A stretch of 63,759 nucleotides of DNA, counting the filler, from Octopus bimaculoides (Eukaryota): NCBI RefSeq assembly GCF_001194135.2. It is 8 parts of 8 records of this genome, joined end to end, with 100 filler letters (N's around TTAATTAATTAA, not from the genome) between each part and the next. Parts side by side here need not be neighbours in the genome. Positions count along the whole stretch, not along the records: positions 37,085 to 42,120 come from NC_068987.1; positions 42,221 to 55,320 come from NC_068989.1; 6 more parts are not named here. One strand, written 5' to 3'. Below, one piece after another: positions 37,759 to 50,885 of the stretch. Below the pieces are notes generated by a model. That model searched no databases and was not told the DNA's origin. It saw only the letters and a program-made list of their open reading frames with translations. Both the position numbers and the translations under genes were made by a program. Within the stretch, counting starts at the first letter, position 1. The number at the start of each line of letters is the position of its first letter.

Positions 37759-37916
37759 CTCGTAGAGCTTTCATATGTTGCACAGCCATTCGCAACACTG
37801 TCAGTTTGTCTAGTTTTCTGTTCATAGCATTGCACATGGGAATCATAGCTGATAGTTCTGTTATATAGGAATTCATTTTATCACGGCGACGTTTTTCAAT
37901 TTCACTGTGGTTTTGC
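37759..37916 (-). CDS. cyc/BMAL1: BMAL1/cycle (ARNTL) bHLH-domain exon, 158 nt
   Basis: TTTCAATTTTTCAG acceptor, then (R)[52 protein letters not shown](G), then GTGATT donor. EKRRRDKMN and [15 protein letters not shown] match BMAL/CYC rather than ARNT/tango (ERRRRNKM, RKPDKLTILRMAVSH). Missed by the ORF track. Confidence 0.96.
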
Positions 37917-39350
37917 CTGAAAAATTGAAAGTGTAAAAATGAATTTTAAAATTGAAAGATTTAATTTTATTTCAAAAATTGCTTTCATTGTAAATGAACA
38001 TTTGTTATTTGAGAGGAAGGAAATGAAAATTTAAAATACATTAGGAAACTACAATGATAGTAACTTTAGCTTGATTTGATCCTATAAATGAAAGTTTTCA
38101 AGTCAGTCAGTTTAAATGTCAAAACACTGGCACTTGAAAAACAACAATTGCTACAGTAATGTCTACAACCACAAATAAAAACCATTACTACAAACTCACT
38201 GAAAGATCACATCAGAATCTTTAACCCTTTTAGCATATCCAGCCAAAATGTTTTATGTTCAGACTGGCCAGATGGGGCCTCTCACACCAATCCTACAATA
38301 TCATTCTAAAGAGTAACAATTGCCTCATCAAAATCTCAAAGCTACAAGATAATGCATGATTCCTTCAAATGTTGGGCCTCGCAGAGGTGATGACAAGTGA
38401 CCCAGACAATAATGATATGCTGTTCTTGAGAAGACTCATCAAGCTAAGTGAAACCATAGTCGTGGCCATTGCTAATGTCATGTAAATAGCACCCATGCCA
38501 GTGGCATGTAAACAGCACCCATTACACTCTTGGAGTGGTTGGCATTAGGAAGGGCATCCAGTTGTAGAAACCATGTTAAATCATATGGGAACCTGGTGCA
38601 GCTCTCTGGTTTACCAGTTCCAGTCAAACCGTCTAACCCATGCCAATGTGGAAAGCATTACTTTTTGACAGAATAATGCGAATGCAAAAGGATGAACTAT
38701 AAAAATCTAAAATCTTCCTGCTGCAACAATCACAACCATTATAACCCAATGATAACAATAGCATTTAAAAAAAAGAAAAGTACAATTGCAACTCTAATGA
38801 GTCAATGAAGGAGCATCTGTGTATCACTCACCCTGCTAAAAATAGCAGCCAAATGCCTCTGAAATTTCACCTCACTATCTTTATAAATAAAAAAAAAATG
38901 GGGACACGTTGTATAATGCACTATGGTATGTTTCTTTTTTCTGTATTGGATTTAACTGGAAGAATGAGGTTGTTTGCATTGGCTTTACTTTTACAGGGCC
39001 TTGGACATGATTAGCATCATTGCATTAACATTGCTCTTAAAAGGATGTCAGCTGATGGCTGCAGTAAAGAAAAGACAAACAGAGTGAGATCAAGAAGGAT
39101 GGCAACTCTTGGAAAGAAGGACTAGATGTAGTGGTGATGTGGGAGGAGAGGTGAAATATGGGTGAAGAGAAAAGGAGAGATGAGTAATTCAAGGATGCAT
39201 AGATAAAAGTAACTGAGGAAATGATTAGACTTGTGCACATCCATTTGTATAATATTTTGGTTTGGCCTGTAAATGATTAAATTCTACCTTTGTGCTATCT
39301 TTTCCAATATGCATACATACAAACATATATACCTACAAGCATAACATAGA

Positions 39351-39389
<39 letters not shown>

Positions 39390-39390
39390 G

Positions 39391-39427
<37 letters not shown>

Positions 39428-39429
<2 letters not shown>

Positions 39430-40031
39430 ACTACTGTATGCCTGCAAGACTTGGATGGTTTACAAATGCCATGCCATATGGCTAAACCACTTCCACATGA
39501 ACTGAGAAAGCTTTTGAAAACCACCTGGGAAGACAAAGTCCCAGACACGGAGGTCCTCTCTTGAGCTGATCTGCCAAGCATTTACATACTATTGAGGAGA
39601 GTGTAGGTCAGGTGTGCAGGCCACCTTGTTTGAATGCCTGACATATGACTACTCAAAAGATTGTTTTACAGTGAATTGGCAGAGGGCAGGTGCACACAAG
39701 GTGGACAGAAAAAGCATTTCAAAGTTACACTCAAAACCTCACTGACATGTTTACAGATCAACCTCAACACTTAGGAAATGCAAGCACAAGACCACCTTGC
39801 CCAGTGAATGCGCACCAGCAGAGGTGCTAACTCATACAAACAGAACAGGATTGCAGAAGCACAAAGAAAGCCTGAGCTGTGCAAGTCTAGCACCATCTCT
39901 TTGTTTCCATTTCCAGCCGACCACCAATACTCCACCTCCAGCAGAACCTTCAGAGCACACGTCTGCTGGAGCAGCCACTGTGACCCATCTTCTCCTGTTT
40001 GATGTGCTTGGTCATCATCGACAACAACAGA
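39428..40031 (+). mobile_element. RTE-clade LINE 3' fragment with (CAA)n-type tail
   Basis: Frameshifted TLLYACKTWMVY..HAIWLNHFHM / LRKLLKTTWEDKVPDTEVLS / ...RIAEAQRKPELCKS..ADHQYSTSSRTFRAHV..SH (decayed C-terminal zinc finger), ending gacaacaacag. Confidence 0.85.
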
Positions 40032-40186
40032 TGACTGTTATTATCGTTATTATTAATCCGCTGAGGTCGACTTTGCCCTTCATCCTTTCGGGGTTGATAA
40101 AAAAGTACCAGTGAAACACTGGTGTCGATGCAATCAACTTAATCCTCTCCCCTCATATTTGAGGCCTTGTGCCAATAGTAGAAAGG

Positions 40187-40227
<41 letters not shown>

Positions 40228-40583
40228 CATCATTATTATTATTATTATTGAATAAAAGGTTAAACAGGAAAAACCACTGGTTTTAGGTCAGATTATGACA
40301 GTTATATATTTCAGCATTGACACTGCATGAAAATAAAATTGAATGTTATAGGAGTTTAGTTTAAAAGAGGTTGATTAAAGATCAATTGAGGGATGTTCAT
40401 AATGATTATGCTGTATGTTAGTATTCTTCCATAATGATTATGATATATACTAGTATCGGTATTAGGTAAAGCTGGTCATTGTAGATAGAGTCTGAAGCTG
40501 GGTGTAGTAGTGACTTGAATGACCAGTTTTACCTAAGAACTTACAATGACCAGTCCAATTCCACCCTCATGCTGTGTCAATGT

Positions 40584-40811
40584 TTAACTATTTAGCATTT
40601 AATCCGACCTTATCTGGCCAAAATATTCTGCTTCTTTTTTGTTCAAACTGACCAGGTCCAACATCTCACACCTACCCTACAATGTCATTCTAAAAATAAA
40701 CAATCATACCATCAAAACCTTGAAGCCATGAGATAATGCACGATTAATTCAAAACAATGTGAATAAATAAGCATTATAATTAATGGATTAATCTAAATGT
40801 TAAAGGGTTAA
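40584..40811. mobile_element. piggyBac-like MITE (TTAA-CCCTTT termini)
   Basis: Starts ttaactatttagcattt and ends aatgttaaagggttaa. A partial related copy starts ttaaccctttt at 38221. Confidence 0.6.
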
Positions 40812-41394
40812 ATATACAAATGTCATAATCTGATCAGATATCAGTTGTTAGCTTGTCTATGCTTTTATTATAGTATACATGTACCTGCCTAATTCAAACA
40901 CTGCCTATAGCCATCTTCATCAAGCAGCTATAACATCCTTGCCTTTTTAGTTGTAGTTTAAGCTGGAGTTTAGGCAGCATGTTAACCTGAGCGATAATTG
41001 TGTGTGCCTAATGAATTACATCATCAGTCATAATACTGGTTTCAAATTTTGGCACAAGGCCAGCAGTTTTGGGCAGGAGATAAGTTGATTACATCAACCC
41101 CAGTATTCAACTGGTACTTATTTAATTTAAACTCAGAGTGTAAAGCCAGTCCCTCAGTTTTCGAACAACTCTGATCATGAATGACATGCTTTATCACCAT
41201 CTCCTGTGTTTCTCATATTCAGTTAATACAGTAGGACCTCAGTTTATGAATGCCTCTGATCACGAATAAATTGTGCTTTATATATATAGATAGATAGATA
41301 TATAGATAGATAGATATATATAGATAGATAGATATAGATATGCATTGCTTCAAATGGAGAATACTTTGAAAGCAATAAAAGTGTAGACTAAGTG

Positions 41395-41447
41395 AATAAA
41401 ATAATATTGCAAAATTTCAGCTTCTTTTGGGTACCCCTTTGTATGTG

Positions 41448-41478
<31 letters not shown>

Positions 41479-41845
41479 NNNNNNNNNNNNNNNNNNNNNN
41501 NNNNNNNNNNNNNNNNNNNNNNNNNNNNNNNNNNNNNNNNNNNNNNNNNNNNNNNNNNNNNNNNNNNNNNNNNNNNNNNNNNNNNNNNNNNNNNNNNNNN
41601 NNNNNNNNNNNNNNNNNNNNNNNNNNNNNNNNNNNNNNNNNNNNNNNNNNNNNNNNNNNNNNNNNNNNNNNNTGCACTGCAAAACAAAGACACATCACAT
41701 GACAGTATGATTCCAGTTGAAGACGCCAGTTGGCAGACTGATGCTTGAAGGTCACATCAAATGGATTCTAGCAGTGGAAGCCTGAACTACAATGGGCTTG
41801 TCCCACCGAGAACATTTCTGGTTACTTTTGGATACCCCCTTGTAT
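41395..41845 (-). mobile_element. Two mariner-type terminal fragments
   Basis: TACAAAGGGGTACCCAAAAG (about 41426-41445) and TACAAGGGGTATCCAAAAGTAACC (about 41820-41845), each after a TA-rich tract. Confidence 0.45.
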
Positions 41846-41882
41846 ATATATAAGTGTATGTGTATATATATATATTTATATA

Positions 41883-41924
<42 letters not shown>

Positions 41925-42086
41925 TGTATGACCAAAGACTAAATGGCTGGATGCCCTTTCTGACACCAACCACCTCACAGAGTGGACTGAGTGCTTTTTA
42001 TGTGGCACCAACAGTGGTGAGGTGTGTTTGGCATGGTTTTTCACAGCTGGATACCTTTCCAAACACCAACCACTTTACTGTGTGGA

Positions 42087-42120
<34 letters not shown>

Positions 42121-42286
42121 NNNNNNNNNNNNNNNNNNNNNNNNNNNNNNNNNNNNNNNNNNNNTTAATTAATTAANNNNNNNNNNNNNNNNNNNNNNNN
42201 NNNNNNNNNNNNNNNNNNNNTATATTATAAATTAACTACCAACAAAAATAATTGGTAAGCTAACTCAATTATATATATAGATATGC

Positions 42287-42317
<31 letters not shown>

Positions 42318-42866
42318 TATATGCATGCACGCATGTACGCATACACACACACACACATACATACATACATACGTACATACATTCTCTCGAAGAGTTCATA
42401 TAAGACTTCAATAAGCTCAGTTGCCGTGAGGAGAAAAGAAGCTAACGTTTGGGTTCTTGCTCTTCATCTCAAAGTACGGAAGGAAGTATTGTCACTTTTG
42501 TTAGTATCTTTTTACATCGCAATTGGCTAACATAAGCATCGTTAATTTCATGTTTCCAATCCTGAAACAACCCACGCATTACGTATTCTATACATTTATT
42601 TTCAAACCTAATTTAGACGTGTCATAGCAATTTCTCATTAAAGAATATAATGATGAACCAGCCTAAAAACTAGAGTCACAGGATAAGTAAAATTTCTCGT
42701 AGATAAAAGCCGTCCTACACCCAAAGCTATGTTAAGCCACATTGCTTAAACTGTGTTAGTTATTGTGTGTACAAGGTCATACTAACACATACTATGATAT
42801 ATTGCTCAAGTGGGTTAAAAATGCTAATTATGTGAATTTTTGTCCTGTGTATACGACTAAAATATT

Positions 42867-42925
<59 letters not shown>

Positions 42926-43477
42926 ACAAAAAAAATAACCACCCTGGCAATCTGAAGCCTGTAGCATGTATAGCAAAGCTGTTCAAGTGTGTTTAACAGC
43001 CGAGTTTTCAATACTTCATAGAATAGAAAATTAAAATGCGTAGCGCTTAGCTTCTGGTGCGCAGATGAGATAAATCGGATGATATTTTGGTCTCTTTAAC
43101 CTTAAATATACTCACTCATCCGCAAAAATGCTGTAATGCAGAAGTCCCCAGACAGCGAACTGTGGATCAATTGACACANNNNNNNNNNNNNNNNNNNNNN
43201 NNNNNNNNNNNNNNNNNNNNNNNNNNNNNNNNNNNNNNNNNNNNNNNNNNNNNNNNNNNNNNNNNNNNNNNNNNNNNNNNNNNNNNNNNNNNNNNNNNNN
43301 NNNNNNNNNNNNNNNNNNNNNNNNNNNNNNNNNNNNNNNNNNNNNNNNNNNNNNNNNNNNNNNNNNNNNNNNNNNNNNNNNNNNNNNNNNNNNNNNNNNN
43401 NNNNNNNNNNNNNNNNNNNNNNNNNNNNNNNNNNNNNNNNNNNNNNNNNNNNNNNNNNNNNNNNNNNNNNNNNNNNN

Positions 43478-43552
<75 letters not shown>

Positions 43553-45701
43553 CTTTGTGTTTGTCCCTCACCACCACTTGACAACCGGTGTTTATTTGTT
43601 TGTCTCCGTAATTTAGCGGTTTGGCAAAAGAGTAAGATAGAATAAGTACCAGACTTTAAAAAATAAAAAGTATTGAAGTCGATTTATTCGACTAAAAATT
43701 TTTTAAGGCCGCGCTCCAGCATGGTCGCAGTCTAATGACTGAGAAAATTGAAAGATAAAAGATACCTATTATATTAATGTATGTAATAATTAAATTATAT
43801 ATTATGTACATTATTGTATCACGTTTTGCGCTTGATGCCTCGTTATGAGGAAAAAATATCGTCTTACATGAAACCGGTCTACAATGCGCAAAACGTCGAG
43901 TGGCGGTACTGTAATACACATGTACATGCCCGGAACCAGGAAGTTCGTGAACTTCATTCCAAAATATAAATCTAATGTTCATAACATTTGTTGTTGTTTT
44001 GTTTTATGACGGACCAAACGAAAGACTTCCCTATGTATTTGTAAGCAACCCGACATGTGTGTTTATAGTTTTTCATCATATAATTACAGGGGCGGTATTT
44101 CAGTATAACTATCACTACCTCACGAGGAAGGCAAAGGGCACGGAATTGAAGGGTAAAAATATATAAAAAGACACTGAAACTTGTGGACGAAAATCCTCTC
44201 AGAATCGAAATTTTCGTCATATGAAACACGGGGATATTAAAACAAGAAAATAAGAAAACTGTTAAATTCTTTACTCATTTCCTTCCGCATGAGGGTGAGA
44301 TAGACATACCGAAAGGATCTGCAAATCACTTTACTTCAATAATATGACGTAGGAGTATTTCTTCACTGTAAAGAAGTCCGCTTCTATGATATTGTAACAA
44401 ATGGATTTGATCCCACGTTTCTCCATAAAGAATTCACAATATGACCATGTGCAGTCGACGGCTGTTGTTCACGGCCTACAAATATAGCTCATTTGAGCGC
44501 CAAAACTCCAGATTGGTCCGGTTCCTGGTGGCGTTCACTCTCCACACATAGCTATTTTTACAGAACCTGCAACGATTGAAGAAGAAGACACGCTACGGCA
44601 ACGTGAATGTGTATTGATGCGTAAAAATTAGGCCGAATGTTGATTTTCTAATGAATACTTTCTGCACATGTCACATTTTTTTTCATCTGAATATTTCTTT
44701 ACTTGTATCGCATGAATACCTTTTATATTAATGTAACAATAAATTATGTTCGCAAACAAGCCTTCTCCCTCCTGTTACAAAATCACTATCATGCAATGCA
44801 AGAGCTTAAAGGTAATACTCCGCAGCCTTCGGGTTGGGATAAGACTACTGAAGACGTAGAACTGTACAACTTTAGAATAGCCTCTGTTTCATCGCCTTCA
44901 ATATATTCAGTGAACTAGCTGATATTAATCCAAGTATTGCTTTCTAGCTGGGTTGTCATAACCCAGCAGCAGGTCATACTTTATGCATCATTGTAATTAC
45001 TATCTTAATATTTTATGCTTTCTCTACATTGCTCTACAATCGAATATATACTGATATAACTGACAGAAGAATTTGTAACTAAAAAATCTATCACATCAGA
45101 TTATATAGTTATGTACTTGCAAAATAACGTGATTTTGGCGGATTGTAAAATTACACATGGCAGTTTCACTCCTCACTCTTCTCAATGCAGGAGTGAGCGA
45201 AAAGTTGGGCACTCATACACGTAAACCTCTCTCAGTCCGATTTTATACTACCTTATTTCGTCCTCCACAAAGCCATCTAGTGGCCACACTAGTCCTCTGA
45301 CTCCTAACAATTCAAATATAATATTAACCTAATTCTACTATTGTATACAATGCATTAATCTATATTGAGTTTTATTATGGGAACGAAATGGAATGTACAT
45401 GCATTCATAATTACGAAAATTAAATAAGTATATTTAGCGGTTGAAACCAGACAAAAAGTAGCTAATAATAAATGTCACCATTCGTAAACACTGCGGGTAA
45501 AAAATCTGAAAGTTGTGAAGGTAGTCACTAGTTCTCATACGCAGAATGTTGGAGGCTGTGAGAACTGAAAACGAGGCTGACAAATTACTATGTTTAATTT
45601 TAATTTGGATTAAATATGGTGAAAATCATGGCGAAGAAAAAAGAGAAGAATTACATAGGTGTACACTCTTATTTTGTCTTCTCATTATTAAAGTACATGA
45701 A

Positions 45702-46855
45702 GGAGGCGAGCTGGCAGAAACGTTAGTACGCCGGGCGAAATGCTTAGCGATATTTCGTCTGCCACTGCGTTCTGAGTTCAAATTCCGCCGAGGTCGACTT
45801 TGCCTTTCATCCTTTCGGGGTCGATAAATTAAGTACCAGTTACGCACTGGGGTCGATATAATCGACTTAATCCGTTTGTCTGTCCTTGTTTGTCCCCTCT
45901 GTGTGTAGCCCCTTGTGGGCAGTAAAGAAATAGGTATTTCGCCTGTCGCTACGTTCTGAGTTCAAATTCCGCCGAGGTCGACTTTACCTTTCATCCTTTA
46001 AGGGTTGATAAATTAAGTACCAGTGAAATACTGGGGTCGATATAATCCCCTCCCCCAAGATTTCGGGCCTTATGCCTAGAGTAGAAAAGATTATTAAAAT
46101 AGATGAAGGCGGCGAGCTGGCAGAAACGTTAGCACGCCGGGCGAAATGCTTAGCAGTATTTTGTCTGTCTTTACGTTCTGAGTTCAAATTCCACCGAGGT
46201 CGACTTTGTCTTTCATTCTTTCAGGGTAGATAAATTAAGTACCAGTTGCGTACTGAGGTCGGTATAGTCGACTGGGCCCTCTCTCCCAAAATTTCGGGCC
46301 TTGTGCCTAGAGTAGAAAAGATTATTAAAGTAGATGAGGCGGCGAGCTGGTAGAATTGTCAGTAAATTAAACAAAATGCTTAGCGGTATTTCTTTTGGNN
46401 NNNNNNNNNNNNNNNNNNNNNNNNNNNNNNNNNNNNNNNNNNNNNNNNNNNNNNNNNNNNNNNNNNNNNNNNNNNNNNNNNNNNNNNNNNNNNNNNNNNN
46501 NNNNNNNNNNNNNNNNNNNNNNNNNNNNNNNNNNNNNNNNNNNNNNNNNNNNNNNNNNNNNNNNNNNNNNNNNNNNNNNNNNNNNNNNNNNNNNNNNNNN
46601 NNNNNNNNNNNNNNNNNNNNNNNNNNNNNNNNNNNNNNNNNNNNNNNNNNNNNNNNNNNNNNNNNNNNNNNNNNNNNNNNNNNNNNNNNNNNNNNNNNNN
46701 NNNNNNNNNNNNNNNNNNNNNNNNNNNNNNNNNNNNNNNNNNNNNNNNNGGGGGGGGGGGTCGATGAAATATGAACTGGTCAAAGACGGGGGTCGATGTA
46801 ATTGACTATTCCCCTCCCCACAAATTTTAGATCTTGTGCCCACGGTAGAAAGAAT
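45702..46855 (+). mobile_element. Head-to-tail cluster of at least four SINE family A copies
   Basis: Heads at about 45702, 46107 and 46336; a headless copy near 45935; a tail after the gap at 46750-46855. Confidence 0.9.
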
Positions 46856-47692
46856 TAATAAAGAAAGTGATGGAGATAATTTCCACTTATTTCTTTATTT
46901 AGTTTTTGGTGGGGAAAATTTTAACTTGAATCCCATTGAAGTAGGATCCACCTTACCCACATCCATTTCCATCATGGAACAAATGCTACACTTCCCAATA
47001 GTATTTTAATACTACAGACATACACCACAACAAAACAGAATAACAAATCGGGGTAACACTGAAACAACACAAGAAAATACAATAAAACGAAAACAACTTT
47101 CATTTAAAGAAAAGAGCTTTTGATTTCTCTTTTTTGATCACACTTCACATAACTCAGATGATAATATGCAAAACTCGCATGGAAGAATTGAAAACGCATA
47201 TCATTTTATGAAAAAATAATGCTCATTATATAATAAGGGGCTATATATTTGTAGTGAGGATTAGTAATTTAAATCGCCTCCATTACCTGTTTAGAACTTA
47301 TTTAAAAGACACGGAAGAATGAAAAGTAAAATTCCATCTTTGGAAGGACTTGAACTCAAAATACTGTTATGTAGGAAACTAGTTTACTTGAGAGATAATT
47401 ATTTGTCTGTCTGCCCATTTTGAAAATATGCTATATCAAATAAGAAATAAAGAAGTAAGACGCAAAGGTCTCATAGAAAAAATACTAAATAACCATCTGG
47501 ATTAAGTAAGATTAGAACGGATAAAGTGAATGAGAGAGAGAGAGAGGGGGGGGGAGAAAAAAGGGGAAGGAAGAGGATACAAGGCTTATCCGAATCACAT
47601 ATGATATATTGAGTAGAATGCACTTTAACTCAAAGTACATTTAATGCACACACGCACGCACGCACACACACACACACACACATACACACACA

Positions 47693-47750
<58 letters not shown>

Positions 47751-48667
47751 NNNNNNNNNNNNNNNNNNNNNNNNNNNNNNNNNNNNNNNNNNNNNNNNNN
47801 NNNNNNNNNNNNNNNNNNNNNNNNNNNNNNNNNNNNNNNNNNNNNNNNNNNNNNNNNNNNNNNNNNNNNNNNNNNNNNNNNNNNNNNNNNNNNNNNNNNN
47901 NNNNNNNNNNNNNNNNNNNNNNNNNNNNNNNNNNNNNNNNNNNNNNNNNNNNNNNNNNNNNNNNNNNNNNNNNNNNNNNNNNNNNNNNNNNNNNNNNNNN
48001 NNNNNNNNNNNNNNNNNNNNNNNNNNNNNNNNNNNNNNNNNNNNNNNNNNNNNNNNNNNNNNNNNNNNNNNNNNNNNNNNNNNNNNNNNNNNNNNNNNNN
48101 NNNNNNNNNNNNNNNNNNNNNNNNNNNNNNNNNNNNNNNNNNNNNNNNNNNNNNNNNNNNNNNNNNNNNNNNNNNNNNNNNNNNNNNNNNNNNNNNNNNN
48201 NNNNNNNNNNNNNNNNNNNNNNNNNNNNNNNNNNNNNNNNNNNNNNNNNNNNNNNNNNNNNNNNNNNNNNNNNNNNNNNNNNNNNNNNNNNNNNNNNNNN
48301 NNNNNNNNNNNNNNNNNNNNNNNNNNNNNNNNNNNNNNNNNNNNNNNNNNNNNNNNNNNNNNNNNNNNNNNNNNNNNNNNNNNNNNNNNNNNNNNNNNNN
48401 NNNNNNNNNNNNNNNNNNNNNNNNNNNNNNNNNNNNNNNNNNNNNNNNNNNNNNNNNNNNNNNNNNNNNNNNNNNNNNNNNNNNNNNNNNNNNNNNNNNN
48501 NNNNNNNNNNNNNNNNNNNNNNNNNNNNNNNNNNNNNNNNNNNNNNNNNNNNNNNNNNNNNNNNNNNNNNNNNNNNNNNNNNNNNNNNNNNNNNNNNNNN
48601 NNNNNNNNNNNNNNNNNNNNNNNNNNNNNNNNNNNNNNNNNNNNNNNNNNNNNNNNNNNNNNNNNNN

Positions 48668-48716
<49 letters not shown>

Positions 48717-49324
48717 TCTCTCTCTCCACACACTCGCAAACATATGTATCAGATGGATGTCTTATAAAACTATTCCCCACACACAATAACAGCCATACCA
48801 AAAGTCTAACACACTTCCATCATGAGCTGCCCCAAAACAACTGAGACGGAAAATAGAATATACGGGAAGTTTGTTGATCACAACGATCGTTTCGACACAT
48901 CCTGCATCGCTCTCTTGCGGCTGACAAACTATACATTTAATTTCGGTGCATTGCACGGTGTAGAAATATCTCGTCAGGTGATGTCATAATGTACCTCGGT
49001 ACATAAGTAATGTTTTGTTCGTTCAGATTAACTAATTTGATCTCTCACTAGACGGAGTACTAAACTTAATGCATATAAGAGCGTTAACCCCGTTAAAGGC
49101 AGTAAGATGTTTGGTGATGGTGTTAGACAGGACGATGGATTAAGTCAATCATCAAAAGAGGCCGGGACAGGACTTGAGTTCAGATTGCAAAGAACCGGAA
49201 TATATTCTGCAAGACGTCCGGTTCTGCGGTCTTGTGGTCCCGTTAATCCGCTTTTCTCTTCTTTTTACCGGTCCGAAAGGATGACTGAAAATTAATATCG
49301 ACAGGATTGGCACTTACAGCACTT

Positions 49325-49435
<111 letters not shown>

Positions 49436-50589
49436 CACACTCACTCTCTCTCTCACACACACACACTCTCTCTCTCACTTTCGCTCTCTCTTTCACTCCT
49501 TTTCTTTCTCTCACTACTTCCCTCTCTCTCTCTCTCACACACATACACACACACTCTCACTCTCTCTCTCTCACTCTTTCACTCTCTCCCTTTCGCTCTC
49601 TCTCTTTCGCTCTCTCTCTCTTTCACTCTATCTCTCTTTCACACTCTCTCTCTTTCGTTCTCCCTCTCTTTCGCTCCCCCCTCTCTCTCTCTCCGTGATT
49701 GGGGTGCCAGTTTAGGCAGTGTTTACTTCGTCATTTAATGAGTTGCACTTGATAGCATATTGGTTTCAGGTTTTAGCACAAGGCCAGTAGATCTGAGGGA
49801 AGGGATAAGTCAATTACATCGACCCCAGGGATCAACTGGTACTTATTTTATCGACCTCGAAAGGAGGAAAGGCAAAATCGACCTCGGCGAAATATGAACT
49901 CAGAATGTAAGCACTTGATAGCATATTACCAGTAGCGACTTGACAGTAATTTAATAGACATAACAGTAGTTTTGTTGTGAGACTTATCCTTGATGTCCTA
50001 ATACGTCGTTCGGTTTGATTCCACCCATTTGGACCTTGGGACCAGCTCTGTGTTATGAGGATAACTCGATACCCAGATGTAATGCTTCCTGCAGCCATAA
50101 CTCACGAGGCTTGTTTTCTTTTGTTTTTTTCTTCCTCGCCAATGCATGAAACCCTGAAAAAGAAAGCTTAAAAGCATAACACTTCTGTAATTTTGATATA
50201 ATTCTGACTTTTTCGTATTTTCATACTCTTTCACGTCTTCAGAGTTTTGGAGACACGTGTGTGGCCTAGTGGTGAGTTTACTGGACCCTTGAAAGTAAGA
50301 TCATGATTTCAATTCCCATGCTGCGCGGTGCATTGTCTTCTTGAGCAAAACACTTCCTGTCATGTTTCTCCAGTTCACTTAGCTGAAAGCGAATACTAGC
50401 AACAACTGGGGAGTTCACCCTGTGAGGGACTGGCGTTCCATCCAGAGGAAGGTATATTGTACACTTGGTCGCTTCTACGCTATAGAATAAGCCCCGGCCT
50501 ATGAGTCTGTGGATCATATCTGACCAAAGTCTGATGAAATAATGATACTTCAATTTCTTTAAATCGTCTCGCGACATAATCAGAGAAAT

Positions 50590-50885
50590 TTTGTTGTTGG
50601 CACTCCGTCGCTTACGGCGTCGAGGGTTCCAGTTGATCCGATCAACGGAACAGCCTGCTCGTGAAATTAACGTGCAAGTGGCTGAGCACTCCACAGACAC
50701 GTGTACTCTCAACGTAGTTCTCGAGGATATTCAGCGTGACACAGTGTGACAAGGTTGGCCCTTTGAATTACAGGCACAACAGAAACAGGAAGTAAGAGTG
50801 AGAGAAAGTTGTGATGAAAGAGTACAGCAGGGTNNNNNNNNNNTCGAAACCGCGATCCTATGACCGCGAGTCCGCTGCCCTAACC
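50590..50885 (-). mobile_element. RTE-tailed SINE/LINE 3' element ending in (CAA)n
   Basis: Minus strand ends ...gatcaactggaaccctcgacgccgtaagcgacggagtgccaacaacaa. The same tail occurs at 33852-33900 (+), with related pieces at 10400-10565 and 52185-52320. Confidence 0.75.

Noticed and set aside
24301-37916. BMAL1/cycle exon nested in or linked to the CYP gene (clock-controlled detoxification locus)
   Set aside because: Two artificial spacers (33752-33851 and 36985-37084) separate them; no evidence of real linkage.
44400-44570. GC-richer segment with an acceptor and short open frame FCKNSYVWRVNATRNRTNLEFWRSNELYL*
   Set aside because: No partner exon or homology recognised.
48870-48980. HHR-like fragments (GAAACGATCGT; CTGACGA...GAAA)
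   Set aside because: Core halves are not joined by compatible helices I and II.
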